A stretch of 63,927 bases of DNA, filler included, from Atractiella rhizophila (taxonomy: Eukaryota): the NCBI GenBank assembly GCA_021432655.1. It is 4 parts of 4 records of this genome, joined end to end, with 100 filler letters (N's around TTAATTAATTAA, not from the genome) between each part and the next. Parts side by side here need not be neighbours in the genome. Positions count along the whole stretch, not along the records: positions 37,882 to 60,524 come from MU271469.1; positions 60,625 to 63,927 come from MU271470.1; 2 more parts are not named here. The stretch is one strand, 5' to 3'. The notes below the pieces were generated by a model. That model was given only the letters and a program-made list of their open reading frames with translations. It did no database searches and was not told where the DNA came from. The position numbers and the translations under genes were made by a program. This document shows, piece by piece, positions 47,225 through 63,573 of this stretch. Each line of letters opens with the position of its first letter. Positions within the stretch are counted from its first letter, which is position 1.

Positions 47225-50200
47225 TTAACCAGCTCTTGCATGCAACTTGTAAACCTCACTCCTCACAGTGAAATAAGTTTCTCCCACAGCTCCCTCAATC
47301 AGAACTTCTCCTCCCTGCCCTTTCATCACCGCGACCTCAGCCGCACCCTTCGAACCGCCACACACAAGTGTTCCACCACCAGCAAACTCAGCGTGTATCC
47401 TCCGTTCCGCTAGACGGTTCTTGAGCTCTGCCAGCTTCATATCGCCAATGAAATGGGTGGTGCGGTTAAGAGGCGGGAGAATTTTGATCGTTGGATCGTC
47501 CGGGTCGGGATAGATGGCTCCACCGTCACCATGTTCTTGAGTTGAAGAGGCGAGGAGCTTGTGGAATAATGAGGTGGAGGCATCGCTCCCATTTGCGGCT
47601 GTGGGGTTGAAGGAGAGGCGGGAGAGGACCGGCACAGACGAGGAATCTGAGTGGGTGATTTGCCCCGTCAAGTGGGCAATTTCGTAGTCGTCGTTTATCT
47701 GCTCCTCCTATCAGTAAAAATGTTTATGTCACATAAGGAAGAAATAAACGGACCTTTGACAGTTTGATACCATTTAATAATGTGTCGGATAGACGAATAT
47801 TCAAGCTGTCCATCTTTTCGCCAACACCAATCTCCTCTCCTTCCTTTGGCACAAAAATCTCCCCACTCATAGCAGGCGAGCTTCGCACTGACTCCCCAAG
47901 CTCGGTGAGAGAAGGAGGATCTCCATGGATGAGAACCTAATCCAAACATCAGCAGATGTTCGATATAGAAGGAAGGAGAGGTACCAATTGTTTCGGATTG
48001 ATTTGAGGGATGATAGCCTTTAGAGCAGGTCCATCCGTCTTTCCCTCCATATCGACAGCCAGAATGCTACATGGCATCTCGATCTTCTTTTCCTCCTTAA
48101 TGAATTTATGCGGCGGTTCCCCTTTTTCTTGCTACAGACATCAACAGGTGCATCAGTCATCTTCTTTGCCGCTGTAAAAAAGGTCAGGTAAACGCGCACC
48201 TCTTTCTCCTCTGACTTCTTGACGCGTTTCCCGCTCATCGCATCCTCTCGCTCCTTCTCCTCCGCTCCCCTCACCTCCTCCTCTTTCCCTCTCCTCATCC
48301 ACTCCTCCACATCCACAGTCTCACCATACGAGTCCACCTTTCTCTTCGTCGATATGAGGGGGAACATCCTAAACTTCTGGTACGCCAAAGACTGTAGCTG
48401 CTCCGCCGCCTGGATGTTGCCGGAAATATAAAGCTTCATGGCTTCCCTGAGGAGGTTGACTCTCTTCTTCCGATCCGGACGAATATAAATATCGAAGTTC
48501 TTCTCCTTCGTTTCCTCTTCCTCATCCACAATCATCCTATCCGCCACCTCCTCCTTCCCACCCTCCTCATCATCCTCATCCTCGTCCTCCTCTTCGCTCT
48601 CATCGTCATCCTCAGCCTCCAAAATTTTCCTCTTCCTCTCCTCCCTCGCTCTATCCTTCTCTCCCTTCTCCCTCTCCCTCTCCTTCGCATCCATAAAAGC
48701 CCTCAACTCCTCTCCTTCAAGTATCTTCTTCCTCCCAATCTCCACCGGTAAATTCAACTGTGCATCCACCTCCTTCCCTGCCCTGCCACCACCCCACCGG
48801 TTCTTCCCTCCCTGGGCCGAGTTCCAGTAATCGAATATTTCCCGACCGAGCGTAGATGGAGAGGGGAGAGAGGGAAAGAGGAGGAGGTTGCCGGAGATGG
48901 AAGCGAAGGGAGTGTCGGCGAGAAAGTTGCGTGATGGACCGTAAGAGAGGTCGGAGGAGACGGTGAGGACGCATTTGGGGGTCGTATCGGGTATGGCAGC
49001 ACGGAGGGCTTCGAGGGAAGAGAAGTGCTTCAAGTTTCTGTGCCGAAGGTGACATATTCAACAAGCTGGTTGAGGGACAGAAGGAAAGTAAATGTATCTG
49101 GAACGCACTTGAATCGTAACACGGAATCGGACCCTTCTTCTCCTCCCTCCATCTCTCCCTCCTTCGTAGCTTGCGAGACCCCCGAATGGCTAACGACCAG
49201 TCCACCCATCCAAGCCGTCAAGGATCGGATGAAGGTGAGCACATCCTTTCCCGTCTTTGTGACCAAACACAAAGGTGGTACCTATTTCCGAGGTTCAGTA
49301 ATGAGGAGAGATGGTTTGGAGTGGGGTGGAAGGACGAACGGCGTGAGCTGACGAATAACGGTACGCCCAATGTTGTTCGAGTAGGGTAAGGATCTCCAAA
49401 AGCCTCGCCGATGGATCGGTAGGTATAAGGACGGAATGGTAAGACTGGAGCGTATGATCGATGGCTTCTGCGCTCACAAACACACGATCGAGGCGCATGC
49501 AAAGGGCAAGGAGTCAAGTTAGTTGGAGAACGAGATACATTGCAGATGTATAAAAGGATACATGGTGGGAGGAGGGGGACGAACCGACGAATAACCTGTC
49601 CCGATCTTTCCGCCTCATGTTGTGGATCATACCTCGCTCTGCTGCTGTGACGAGAACGCCGCATCTCCTGACGTTTTCGGGTATCCATCCATTCTGTCAG
49701 GAACATCAATAAATAAACCTGTTTTATCTCAAGTTTAATGCAGGAAGAACGTACTACTACTAGTCCTGAAGAGTCTAGTAGACGCTCTTTGATGTGGTTC
49801 AAGAATGGTGCGTACACGACGGAGGAGGATGGTGAAGGTTCAGCTGGCGAACGAATGGCGAATATGCTCCCTCCGAGAGTGTGACCGCTAGGAAGAGCAA
49901 CGAGAGTGACTGGCGGCTTTCCCTTTCCTTTTCACAAAAACAAGCACGTTACTGCCCCGAAATATGATGAAAGTGAAAGCGAAAGGCTTACCACCTCCAA
50001 CATGAATAGGTTGTCCATACTTAAAGAGTTCCAGTAATCGAATATTTCCCGACCGAGCGTAGATGGAGAGGGGAGAGAGGGAAAGAGGAGGAGGTTGCCG
50101 GAGATGGAAGCGAAGGGAGTGTCGGCGAGAAAGTTGCGTGATGGACCGTAAGAGAGGTCAGAGGAGACGGTGAGGACGCATTTGGGGGTCGTGTCGGGTA

Positions 50201-51615
50201 TGGCGGCACGGAGGGCTTCGAGGGAAGAGAAGTGCTTCAAGTTCCTGTGCCGACGACGAACAAAGATGGCACACTCAACACGTTGAGCGAGGGATAAGAG
50301 GAAATGGAAAAACGCACTTGAATCGTAACACGGAATCGGACCCTTCTTCTCCTCCCTCCATCTCTCCTTCCTTCGTAGCTTGCGAAACCCCTGAATGGCT
50401 GACCACCAGTCCACCCATCCATGCTGTCAAGGATCGGATGAAGGTGAGCACATCCTTTCCCGTCTTTGTGACCAAACACAAAGGTGGTACCTATTTCCGA
50501 GGTTCAGTAGATGAGGAGAGATGGTTTGGAGTGGGGTGGAAGGACGAACGGCGTGGGCTGACGAATAACGGTACGCCCAATGTTGTTCGAGCAGGGTAAG
50601 GATCTCCAAAAGCCTCGCCGAAGGATCGGTAGGTATGAGGACGGAATGGTAAGACTGGAGCGTATGGTCGATGGCTTCTGCGCTCACAAACACACGATCG
50701 AGGCGCATGCAAAGGGCAAGGAGTCAAGTTAGTTGGAGAACGAGATACATTGCAGATGTACAAGAGGATACATGGTGGGAGGAGGGGGACGAACCGACGA
50801 ATAACCTGTCCCGATCTTTCCGTCTCATGTTGTGGATCATACCTCGCTCTGCTGCTGTGACGAGAACGCCGCATCTCCTCAGGTTTTCGGGTATCCATCC
50901 ATTCTGTCAGGAACATCAACAAATAAACCTGTTTTATCTCAAGTTTAATGCAGGAAGAACGTACTACTACTAGTCCTGAAGAGTCCAGTAGACGTTCTTT
51001 GATATGGTTCAAGAATGGTGCGTACACGACGGAGGAGGATGGTGAGGGTTCAGCAGGCGAACGAATGGCAAATATGCTCCCTCCGAGAGTGTGACCGCTA
51101 GGAAGAGCGACGAGAGTGACTGGTGGCTTTCCCTTTCCTTTTTCGCGCGCACAAGAACAAAATACATTACTGCCGCGCCGAACATCATAAGTGAAAGGCT
51201 TACCACCTCCAACATGAATAGGTTGTCCATACTTGACCTCCACAACATCCGCCATCGCCTGTCTCACATCCTCAACACCCAACTCCCCCGCCTTCTCTCC
51301 CTCCTCCTCCCTCTTCCACTCCACCCGTTCTTCGAGAGCCCACCTGCCCATCTCCTTCGTTGGGAGGGTGGCATACACGTGACACCTCAGTCCATTCTTC
51401 CACAGATACGGATAGAGGCCTATGCAGTCGAGCGTGGGCTGGGAGAGGAGGACGAGGTGGAGAGTTGGCGCGAGGTGGGCGAGAAGGCTGAGGGTGCTGG
51501 GGAGGGGAGAGGCGCCGCAGTCGAGGAGGATGGAGAGGCCGTCGACGTGGAGGAGGGTGGAGAGACCCGCGGGGGAGGAGTAGAGCGGGCGGACGGAGTG
51601 AGGAGACGAAGGCAT
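47225..51615 (-). CDS. CFT2: Cleavage and polyadenylation factor CPSF100/CFT2, interrupted by an internal tandem duplication
   Basis: ILLDCG, HVYATLPT, LPSGHTLGGSIF, LIPTDPSARLLE, DLSYGPSR, KRKVDSYGE and FIGDMKLAELK..AEFAGGGTLVC..IEG...YFTVRSEVY. Confidence 0.92.
48819..51234. repeat. Direct tandem duplication ~1.2 kb (48819-50022 and 50026-51234) inside CFT2
   Basis: Near-identical exons with more divergent introns. Junction ..catactt-aaa-gagttcc.. Confidence 0.95.
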
Positions 51616-51730
51616 CGTTCGTCGTTTTCTACTTTCTTCAAGGTTGTAGTTTCCCTATTTGGACAGTGTCAATGTTCAACCTATTGAACATTCACTTTCA
51701 GCAGCATTTTATTATTCCACAACGATAAAA

Positions 51731-52692
51731 ATGCTGCAACCACGGCAGTTTCTTCATCTCCACCAAGCACATTTTAGGCCGAGTGTTTGGATACGGTCAC
51801 CACTTAAGATTCCAGCAGCACGATTTCACGTATCCTTCCCCTCCACATCAACCTCAGACAAACCTCCTCCTCCCGTCTCACCACCTCCAAAGCGTCCACT
51901 CACAGAAAACATCTACACCATCCCCAACTTCCTCACCGTCGGACGCATGGCCGCAACTCCCGTCATCGGATACTTCATCCTCCACAACGACTTCAAGCTC
52001 GCAACATCGCTTCTGGCCGTTGCTGCCGTCTCAGACATTGTATGCTGCTCTTCAATCGTATCTGACAAACAACATGACAGGAGGTAGGTAGATGGATACC
52101 TCGCGCGTCGGTGGAATATGATGTCAACGCTGGGAACCATACTCGACCCTGCAGCTGATAAATTCCTCATGACCGTTTTGGCGGTGACGCTCACTATGAA
52201 GGGGTTGCTGCCTGGTGAGTCGTCATGCGTACATGACGTCGTATCGTAAAGCTAATGGGGAAACAGTGTATCTGTGCACTCTCATCGTTGGAAGGGACGC
52301 GTTTCTCGCTTTATCTGCCTTCTACCTGCGCTGGAAGACCCTACCACAACCGGTAAGACACACCTGCTCTTCGGTAGCAAGCTATTCACTGTCATTTAAG
52401 AAAACGTTCAAACGGTATTGGGACATGTCGATCCCATCCGTAGAAGCAGCTCCAACCACGGTCTCAAAGTACAACACCTTCCTCCAACTCATCCTCGTCG
52501 GAGGAACGACACTTGCTCAAATACTCCCATTCTCTTGCTCCCCATATATCGAGACCCTTCAGTCTGTCCTATGCTTATCCTACATTCCAATTCGCTGACA
52601 AATTTATTGGATGTAGGGTCGTCGTCGCAATCACGACGGTGTGGTCTGGCGTTGATTATTTGAGGGGAAAAGGCATTCGGTACATTCGTTGA
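51731..52692 (+). CDS. CRD1: Cardiolipin synthase (CDP-alcohol phosphatidyltransferase)
   Basis: Presequence-like N-terminus, ENIYTIPNFLT, DGYLARRW..STLGTILDPAADK and PTTVSKYNTFLQL. Confidence 0.93.
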
Positions 52693-52942
52693 AGTGGCAC
52701 AACTGTTGACAAGACATTTAATGTGCTTCCTGGTCGCTGTAATTCGTGTAATTGGTAATTTATTGCCCCATTCCCGTTCAAGTACCGCAATGAAGAGCAA
52801 TGGGCAAGGCAGGATGCGAGACGCGACGAAGCGTGGTAAGGCAAGGATGGGCAATAAAACTGCCTCCAATCTTCCAACAAAGCGTATATCCATCATAAAA
52901 TACATTCTATCATCATCACCATGTCTCCAATAACATGACCAA

Positions 52943-55297
52943 TCATGCCTTCGCTGTCGCAATCTGTTCCTCAAGCGACGACTTTGAAACCGACTTCGGC
53001 GACCCTGGCTCTTCCTCGAACGGAGGAGGCGGAACAGCCTCCAGAGTCGTGGCATTCGAGCCGAATATTTGTTCCATCGTCTCGAGAGAGATGCCCTTCG
53101 TTTCCCTCAGGAAGATGTAGGCGTAACCTATGACGGCGAAGTTGAAAATCTAGTCATGATGCCATGAGCGCAAGTTTCTATTGATCAAGGTGGCAGGGAG
53201 ACGAACGGCAAACATGAGGAAGGTCTTCCATGCTCCGATGTTGTTGAATGCGTGAGGCGTCCTGCGATCTCGTTCAGTTTCTTGATGACATAAGATGGTG
53301 AGAAGGCTCCTTACACTTGACTGAATACGAAGTTGAACAGCCACTGAGAACAAGCCCCAGTCGTGACTCCAATCTCCCTTATGCGATTAGGGAATATTTC
53401 TCCCAAATACAACCAGCAAAGGGGTCCCCAAGACATATTGAAAGCGATCTTCCCAACCCATCAGCCTCACAATCCGCGACAATGAGAAGGGAACATACAG
53501 CCTCAAAGTACACCATCAAGATGCTCGCGATGGCACTAGGAGCGATAGTCCCAGCGGCAGCGGCGGCTTTGTTAGCGGCAGGAGGGTTATATTTGACGAC
53601 GAGAGAGATGATAAGGAAGAGTGCAGACATAGCTGCAGCCCCACTGATGAAGCCGCTACGACGACCGTAACGGTCGACGAAGAAGAGGATGTAGGTTAGA
53701 CAACCGACGATCTTTGCGATACCCTGTCGAAGCATTCGTTATCGAACGAAACATGAGAGCTAGAAGTGGAGACAGACAAAGAAACCAGTGATCAACGTTG
53801 CTTTGTCGCCTGCTCCAACGGCTTGGAAGATTTGTGGCGCACTGAGAATTTCTTCGTTAGATGCTTAGTTAGTTGAACGAGAGGAATTCTCACTAATAAG
53901 CCAGGGAGGTGTTTCCAGTCAACTAGAATTCCTTATCAGCTTCTTCGTTCCTCCCACTAGCCTAACGCGAGCTCACTTGTTGACCTATGTATGGAGCAGG
54001 GTGAGAATTGGACGTTGAGGGGAAAATATGACACTGACATGCAAACATCGAGAAAGCGATAAAAATCCTCAACCTGTTCTTCGGGACCAGAACCTCCCTC
54101 CAACTGAATCCGCTCCTCTCCAACCTCTCCCTCTCAATACCGTTAACGATCTCATCGAACTCCTCTTGGATCTCGTTGTCGACTGTCACGCATCCGGAGA
54201 TTCTTCAGCTTTGGTCCACAAGCCAGGAGGTGACTCACGAACACCTCCACGGAGCCAAACGAGGTTTTGAAGAGCCTTCTCCTTCTTGTCCTTGGTAGCG
54301 AGCCAGCGAGGGGATTCGGGGATGAGTGCCATCCCGAGTCCAAGCAAGCCACCTGGAATCATTTGGAAGGCGACTAATTTACGCAAATCAACATCGCATT
54401 CCATCCATCAATCTGCGCTGTATCACTTACCTGGAATCCTCCATTGTTTGTTATCGGTCTCAGCGTAGACTTCTTTGCAAGCATAAGTGGTCCAATAAGC
54501 CGCAGCTACGCCCTTCATGACTATCTCAGTCTGCAACACTTTGTCGATACTTGGATAGGCTCACCAAAGTGAAGAAGAACTGGAAGCATCCTCCGAGCGT
54601 TCCTCGAATCTCTCTCGGTGCACATTCAGCAGTATAAATGGGGAGGATAACTGTCGCGGCCCCAACACCAAGGCCTGCTATGACTCTACCGACATAAAAG
54701 AGGTCGATGGAGTGTGAATTGATGGTCTGGAGAGCGCTGCCGACGATGAAGATAAGGGAGGCGAGCACCAGCGGAATTCGACGACCTATGCGAGCGCTGA
54801 CTGGGGAGATGAAGAGACAACCTGTGGTGCGCTTTCAGTCTTCCATGAACTGATAAATTGAAGTGTAAGTTACGAACCAAAGAAGGCGCCGCCTTGGAGT
54901 ATGGACACGGCGTTGGAGTTGACATCCGTTTGCTCTGAAAACAAGTTAGCCCAGAAGCTCGAAAGCAGCCGATAATTACCTGCGGTTGTGTAACGGAAGT
55001 CGTTCTTGAAAGAAGGCATTGTGAGAACGGTCCCTAAATATTAAATGTCAGATTATGCAAATTGACTGAGAGGAAAGAAAGCATACCAACAATACCAGTG
55101 TCATAACTAGGTAAAAATAGGTGAGTACGAGCCGAAAATCGGAGAATAGTAGTTGCGATACCTAAAACTGTCCGTTCTTTCAGTTGATGAGCTCAGCTCA
55201 GAGTGCAGCAAACGACGCACCAAAAGCTCCCAATGCTCACAAGAGCCGTGAGGTAGATAGCTCGGAATCTCCCGAGCTGCTTTGGCGATAGACCCAT
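52943..55297 (-). CDS. MFS sugar-porter family transporter (quinate-permease-like), multi-exon
   Basis: YDTGIVG, NAVSILQGGAFFG, GRVIAGLGVG..PIYTAECAPREIRG, PESPRWL, VDRYGRR and LRETKGISLE. Confidence 0.9.
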
Positions 55298-55848
55298 CTT
55301 TTCCTCTTCGTGTTGTACTGGTCAACCACAGATCGTGACAAAAAGGCAGGGAGAAGGACATGGAGGTTAGCAGGGGAGCTTATATATGCCCGCGGACTGA
55401 GGCAGATCGAAGCCCATGCCTAAACGAGGGAAGTGACAAGTAAAGATGGTGGGGTTGAAGGCTGGAATGGCGAGCGATTGCGGGGCAGGAAGAAAGGATG
55501 GCGTGCCTGTTTCCTGACTTTCCTGCTCGTCCCCGTGCACAGGAAATACTTCCACGCTGAGAACAACTGCGAAGTTGCGCTCGGCCGTCGCTCCTGAGGA
55601 AGCTGAATTGGGCGATAAAGTGAGACAAGGGCAGATAAAGTAACTGAATTCGTCTTATCGAAGGAACCACGAGTACAGTCTTGTCTTGCTTGCTCTGACC
55701 TCATCAATATATATATACAATATCAATATTGAAAATCAGCTCGACTAGCTCAACTCGGTAAGTACATACCAATGTATCATAGAAAATTCGACTCAAACTC
55801 TTACAGCAAAGCTTGAATCGTAGCAGACCTGACACTCGAGGTCACAAT

Positions 55849-58932
<3,084 letters not shown>

Positions 58933-59416
58933 GGATTGGATAAAGTTGTAGGTTCTGAAATGTCACAACACAGCTCAATGTCACAATGAAAGTGTTTTAC
59001 CACCATTGAGCTGCCAGTGCAGCGCTGTGGCCTGACAGCATGCAGCCATACTCTCGGCAAAAGTATTTTCTCAGCTCTGAACATCCATACAGAAGTGCAA
59101 TTTCAACCTGGTACTCATTTTCTTCAACGAGCAAAATCAAAGAAATGTAGGAGACAACCGAGAGCCCTGGTGGATCACAAAAAATTCACACACCTAGTGG
59201 GGCCTTGTAGCGCTTTCATCCACCAATCAAGTAGCCGTGAAAGAGCGGAGCTATATACAAGTAGACTGTCTTCTCTTGAGTCTTTTAGAATCGACAATGA
59301 AAGCGGGTTGGGTTCGTCGTATCGTTCTTGGATCAAACGCTCGGTTTACTCTATTCTGTCGCCCTACTTCTGCGCTGAGCGAGGGGAATACTCCTGACAG
59401 AAAGCAAGCAACGGTA

Positions 59417-60524
59417 CTACCTGGTCTCTTCCTCCTCCTTCTCTTCTTTTATCTCCCTGTTGAGCTGAGCCATATCGGCCATCCCCATCACCGTAGTCTC
59501 AAACATCTGCTCCTTTTCGAATTCTTCCTCGTCCTCCATCGCCTCATCCTCAATCCCTGCCTGCATTGTCCACATTGGCGCTCCGCCCTCCAGTTGAACA
59601 TTGTGACCCTGCGATTGAGATTCAACACGTTTGGCGACGCTTCGAAACGACGCTGCAGTACCGCCAAATCAAGTCAATTTGTCGTTCGTGACCACAGACA
59701 GGAGAAGAGCCAACGCACTGTCTTCTGCCGACGGACCGTCGTATATCGCCTTTCGCAACTTCGATATCGGGATCCTCGCCGGTTTCACGTTCGCAAGATG
59801 GACTTTAACGTGTTCAATAAGCTGTTCCACTGGCTGAATTCAGTGCAAAGCCCCATGAAGGCAAGTGTGGAAGGAACAAAAGCTGACGAAGATAAGAGAG
59901 ACGGACCTCATTGTTACTACCGAACTCCTGATCGCAGTGTCCCCATTTACAAGCAAAGGGATAAGTCGAAGGAACTGCACTTGTATCTGTTTGGGATTGA
60001 GTAGTTAGGGATTGTGATGTTGAAAGCTCAAGGGAAGCAGCGGGAAGCTGGAACAAGAATCAGTCAGTCAAGGAAGCATGAAACAACAAAATGTCAAATT
60101 TGCAAATGAGGAAAGTTACTTGGGATTGTATTTCCATTCCTCTTCACTGTAAAATCCAATCTGTCCAAACTGAATATTGAATGTCCAAGATTGTCCAGCG
60201 CACAACAATAAGAAGAATAAGCACGGAAGCCCGCATCAAACCTTACTTGAGCTCCCCTCTCCGCCGAAGACACCCATCAGGCGTAGATTCGAATGGTCAA
60301 TGTCATTGTTTCAGAGAGTCCAATATTGTATTATAGGTATTACAAGTTGCTTCACATTTTCATCTCCCGTTCGATGACGTCTTGGGGTATCCGCCCTTGA
60401 AAACTCACTTGAAATGGCTGAGGGTGCGAGTTAGCAGTATCCGTGAATGCCAAAGCTAAATCATCATAATAAGTGGCGCAGTTTACAAGATTTAAAGGCG
60501 CACTATCAATAGGAATTTCTTCTT
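59417..60524 (-). CDS. C2H2 zinc-finger protein with acidic C-tail, probably 5'-truncated by the gap
   Basis: Spliced FACKWGHCDQEFGSNNE|PVEQLIEHVKVH. Acidic end ..EDEEEFEKEQ..EEEETR*. Confidence 0.55.
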
Positions 60525-60624
60525 NNNNNNNNNNNNNNNNNNNNNNNNNNNNNNNNNNNNNNNNNNNNTTAATTAATTAANNNNNNNNNNNNNNNNNNNN
60601 NNNNNNNNNNNNNNNNNNNNNNNN
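60525..60624. other. Artificial contig spacer
   Basis: N block with TTAATTAATTAA. Confidence 0.97.
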
Positions 60625-61720
60625 GAGCAGGCTGGAGGAACGCACGAAGCTAGTTTCAAACGATCGTCGACGACGTCCAGAGCAATGATCTTGCTGTATG
60701 GTGCTAACTGCCGATGATGTTTTGGCGATTAGCAAAGTTACCGTTGTAGATGGGAAGCAGCCTCACTTTCGCCACCATCAACCCCGCCATTCCTACCGCT
60801 CCCATTCCCCAAATCGCGAGCGTATCGCCGAGTCGAGGCTTGAAGTAGTTGAGGATAGTACCCGCTCCCTATATCATTCTTGCGTTGGAATGATGGGAGA
60901 AGAGAGGGAAACACACGGTCATTAGTCCGCACCCGTAAGGCGCAAGTTGCGCCAGCTCTGCATCCGAAAGCGAAGGTGGAACAGGGATACACTGCAGTGC
61001 CACTGATGTCAGAAAGAGGTTTAATCATACTGTGGAAGAGAGGGGACCAACAGAAGATTCATGGACCATCATATGTCTCCCGAAGCTCCCCTGAAATGTG
61101 TACAATACGATCAAAGTCAGTCATTGTGATGAACCGCAAGCGAGGATTCGGAGAGGAGAACCTGTCCGAGTAAAGAAGCGTAGCACTCCTTTCCATCGTG
61201 TTCGTACATTGTCCCTCCATCGAACCTTTCGCCCGTGAGGTTGAGTCGAAACCAGTGTTGACATAAAGCCGGACGCGATTGTTGACATTTTCGACAAGTT
61301 CGGCAGCTGGACCTTTCAGTCACAGTGAAAGGTCAGGCCTGACTGATCTTTATGAGGAGATGGAGCCAGGAGAGACGAACCACGTAGTTACCACCTTGTC
61401 GCCTTGTTTCACCCGTGTCACTTTAGATCCAACTCGTTCTACGATGCCGGCCCCCTAATCATTACAAACTTGTTTGCTTAGGAGCATCGTTCTACAAGAG
61501 AGATGACGGATGGGAAGCATACTTCATGTCCTAGCACAGTGGGAAACCTCCAAGGAATCTTCTGCTCTGCGCAAACGATGTCTGAATGACAGATCCCAGA
61601 AGCTATCACTTTCACGAGCACCTCGTTTGGCTTCAACGTCTCCTCCTTGAGAAGGATTTGGGAGATGTGATAAGAGCCAAAGGGAGAGGAGACCACAACG
61701 GCTTGCGTCGATAAAGGCAT
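60625..61720 (-). CDS. Zinc-dependent medium-chain alcohol dehydrogenase (aryl-alcohol DH-like), 3' end lost at the gap
   Basis: EVLVKVIASGICHSD, PTVLGHE|GAGIVERVG and structural-zinc CRTCRKC..PALC. Confidence 0.9.
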
Positions 61721-62114
61721 GATGAGCAGGACAGGAGGGGGAATCGCAAGAAATCTTCATAAACTTCCAAGTTGAAGAGAGGATGGTGGATGAAAAGTTG
61801 ATCCCTTAACTTCAACGTGACGCAATGTGGGATCTACGACAGCCGACTGGCACAATGGAACATCGACACAGCAACCTCTTTCATGAGGCCTGTAGATTGT
61901 TGGCCATCTCATCCGCTCATTGCAGGTGCAAGAAATACGTTTCTTCGTGGTCCTTTGTCTCTCGCAACTGCTTGCAACATTTGAACCAAAGATGTAAACT
62001 ACAAACCTTATCTTATTTGATAACATCGTGGCTTCATTATTTTTTTGTTTCTTGTTTTGTCCCTGTCCACGAAACGTCCACTTTCAGGTCGAGTATCGTT
62101 GTAGGTAAGAAAAA

Positions 62115-62996
62115 ATGAGGTACGTCTTGTCTCACGTTACGAACATTCTTTCTTGATGGAATTTGGAATGCAGTAAAGTCAGCGTCGCCTCCGTCCGAGG
62201 AAGCATCAAGGAGATGCTCACCGCGGCTACCGAAGAGAAGAAGAGGAAGTTCGTCGAGACTGTGGAGCTTCAGATCGGATTGAAGAACTACGATCCCCAG
62301 AGGGATAAGCGATTCTCTGGTACCGTCAAGTGAGATTCCTTCGCTATCAGAGAGTGAATGGGGTTTGACGGGTTGATCGGTGTGAAGGCTCCCTCACGTC
62401 CCTAGGCCAAGGATGAGCGTTTGCATTCTTGCCGATGCTGCCGATATCGATAGGGCGAAGCAAATCGACCTTGAGTACATGTCTGTCGACGATTTGAAGA
62501 AGTGCGTTTATCGTCTCTTTCACTCCTCAACCTGGAACCTGATCGCGTTATTGAATGCTTAGGTTGAACAAGAACAAGAAGCTCGTCAAGAAGCTCGCCA
62601 AGAAATACGACGCTTTCGTGTCCTCAGAAGCCCTTATCCGTCAAATCCCTCGTCTCCTTGGTCCGGGTCTTTCCAGGGCAGGAAAGTTCCCTACTCCCAT
62701 CACCCACGCCGACGACCTCAGCAACAAGGTCACGGAGGTCAGGAGCACGATTAAGTTTCAGTTGAAGAAGGCTCTTTGCCTTGGTGTCGCCATTGGCCAC
62801 GTTGAGATGAATGATGACCAGCTTGTCGCCAACACCATGTTGGCCATCAACTTCCTCATCTCTCTGCTCAAGAAGAAGTATGCCCTCACTTACCATTCTC
62901 TATGCGATAGCCTGCTGACATATTATCCTCAGCTGGCAGAACGTCAAGTCACTCCATATCAAGACGACGATGGGCAAGCCCAAGCGTCTCTTCTAA
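62115..62996 (+). CDS. RPL1: 60S ribosomal protein uL1 (L1/L10a), 5 exons
   Basis: [45 protein letters not shown] and [20 protein letters not shown]. Confidence 0.97.
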
Positions 62997-63573
62997 GTTA
63001 CATACAACCAAAACTCGGTACTCGGTGCGTCCCTGCTCTGTATATTGCCATCGCTGATCATCGGGCTTCTTCCTCAACAGATAATTTGTCCTTCAGATTT
63101 GGCGACCCAAGGCTTGCCACTGTTACTTCGAAGTGGAAGCTTTACCATAACGGTTTAGTGGACCACCGTTTATGGGAGCCAAAATGGGGAGTTACTTGTA
63201 CTGATATCATGGAATATGAATATGCTTCATGCCAAACCATTGAACACTGCACCGCCTTATTTGAGAGTTTATGCAACAACCTGAATCCGAAGATGTCTCA
63301 GGATACTTGCGCTGCGAACGACTTGAAGGTATTGAAGGAAGGGTATATTATTTTCGTCAATTATCACTCTGGTACTACAAGAGACACCACGCCCAAACTT
63401 TGCAGAGAATGATACAGAGCAGAAATGAGACTAGTGAGTGAATAAATTGTAAGAGGAATTGGAAATTGTTCATGGTCACTTCCACCAGGAGCACACTGAC
63501 AGGTACAAATGACTGAAGGGTCAGTCCAACTGTTCCATCCTTTAGTTCCCTAAATTTGGTCCCTCACACGACT

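Noticed and set aside
59237..60004. 255-aa plus-strand ORF with Leu/Phe runs
   Set aside because: Antisense shadow of the acidic minus-strand zinc-finger gene.
62555..63412. 285-aa ORF suggesting a C-terminally extended RPL1
   Set aside because: It arises by reading through the 55-nt intron 62878-62932. Splicing gives the canonical ..KPKRLF* end, and the extension has no recognisable features.
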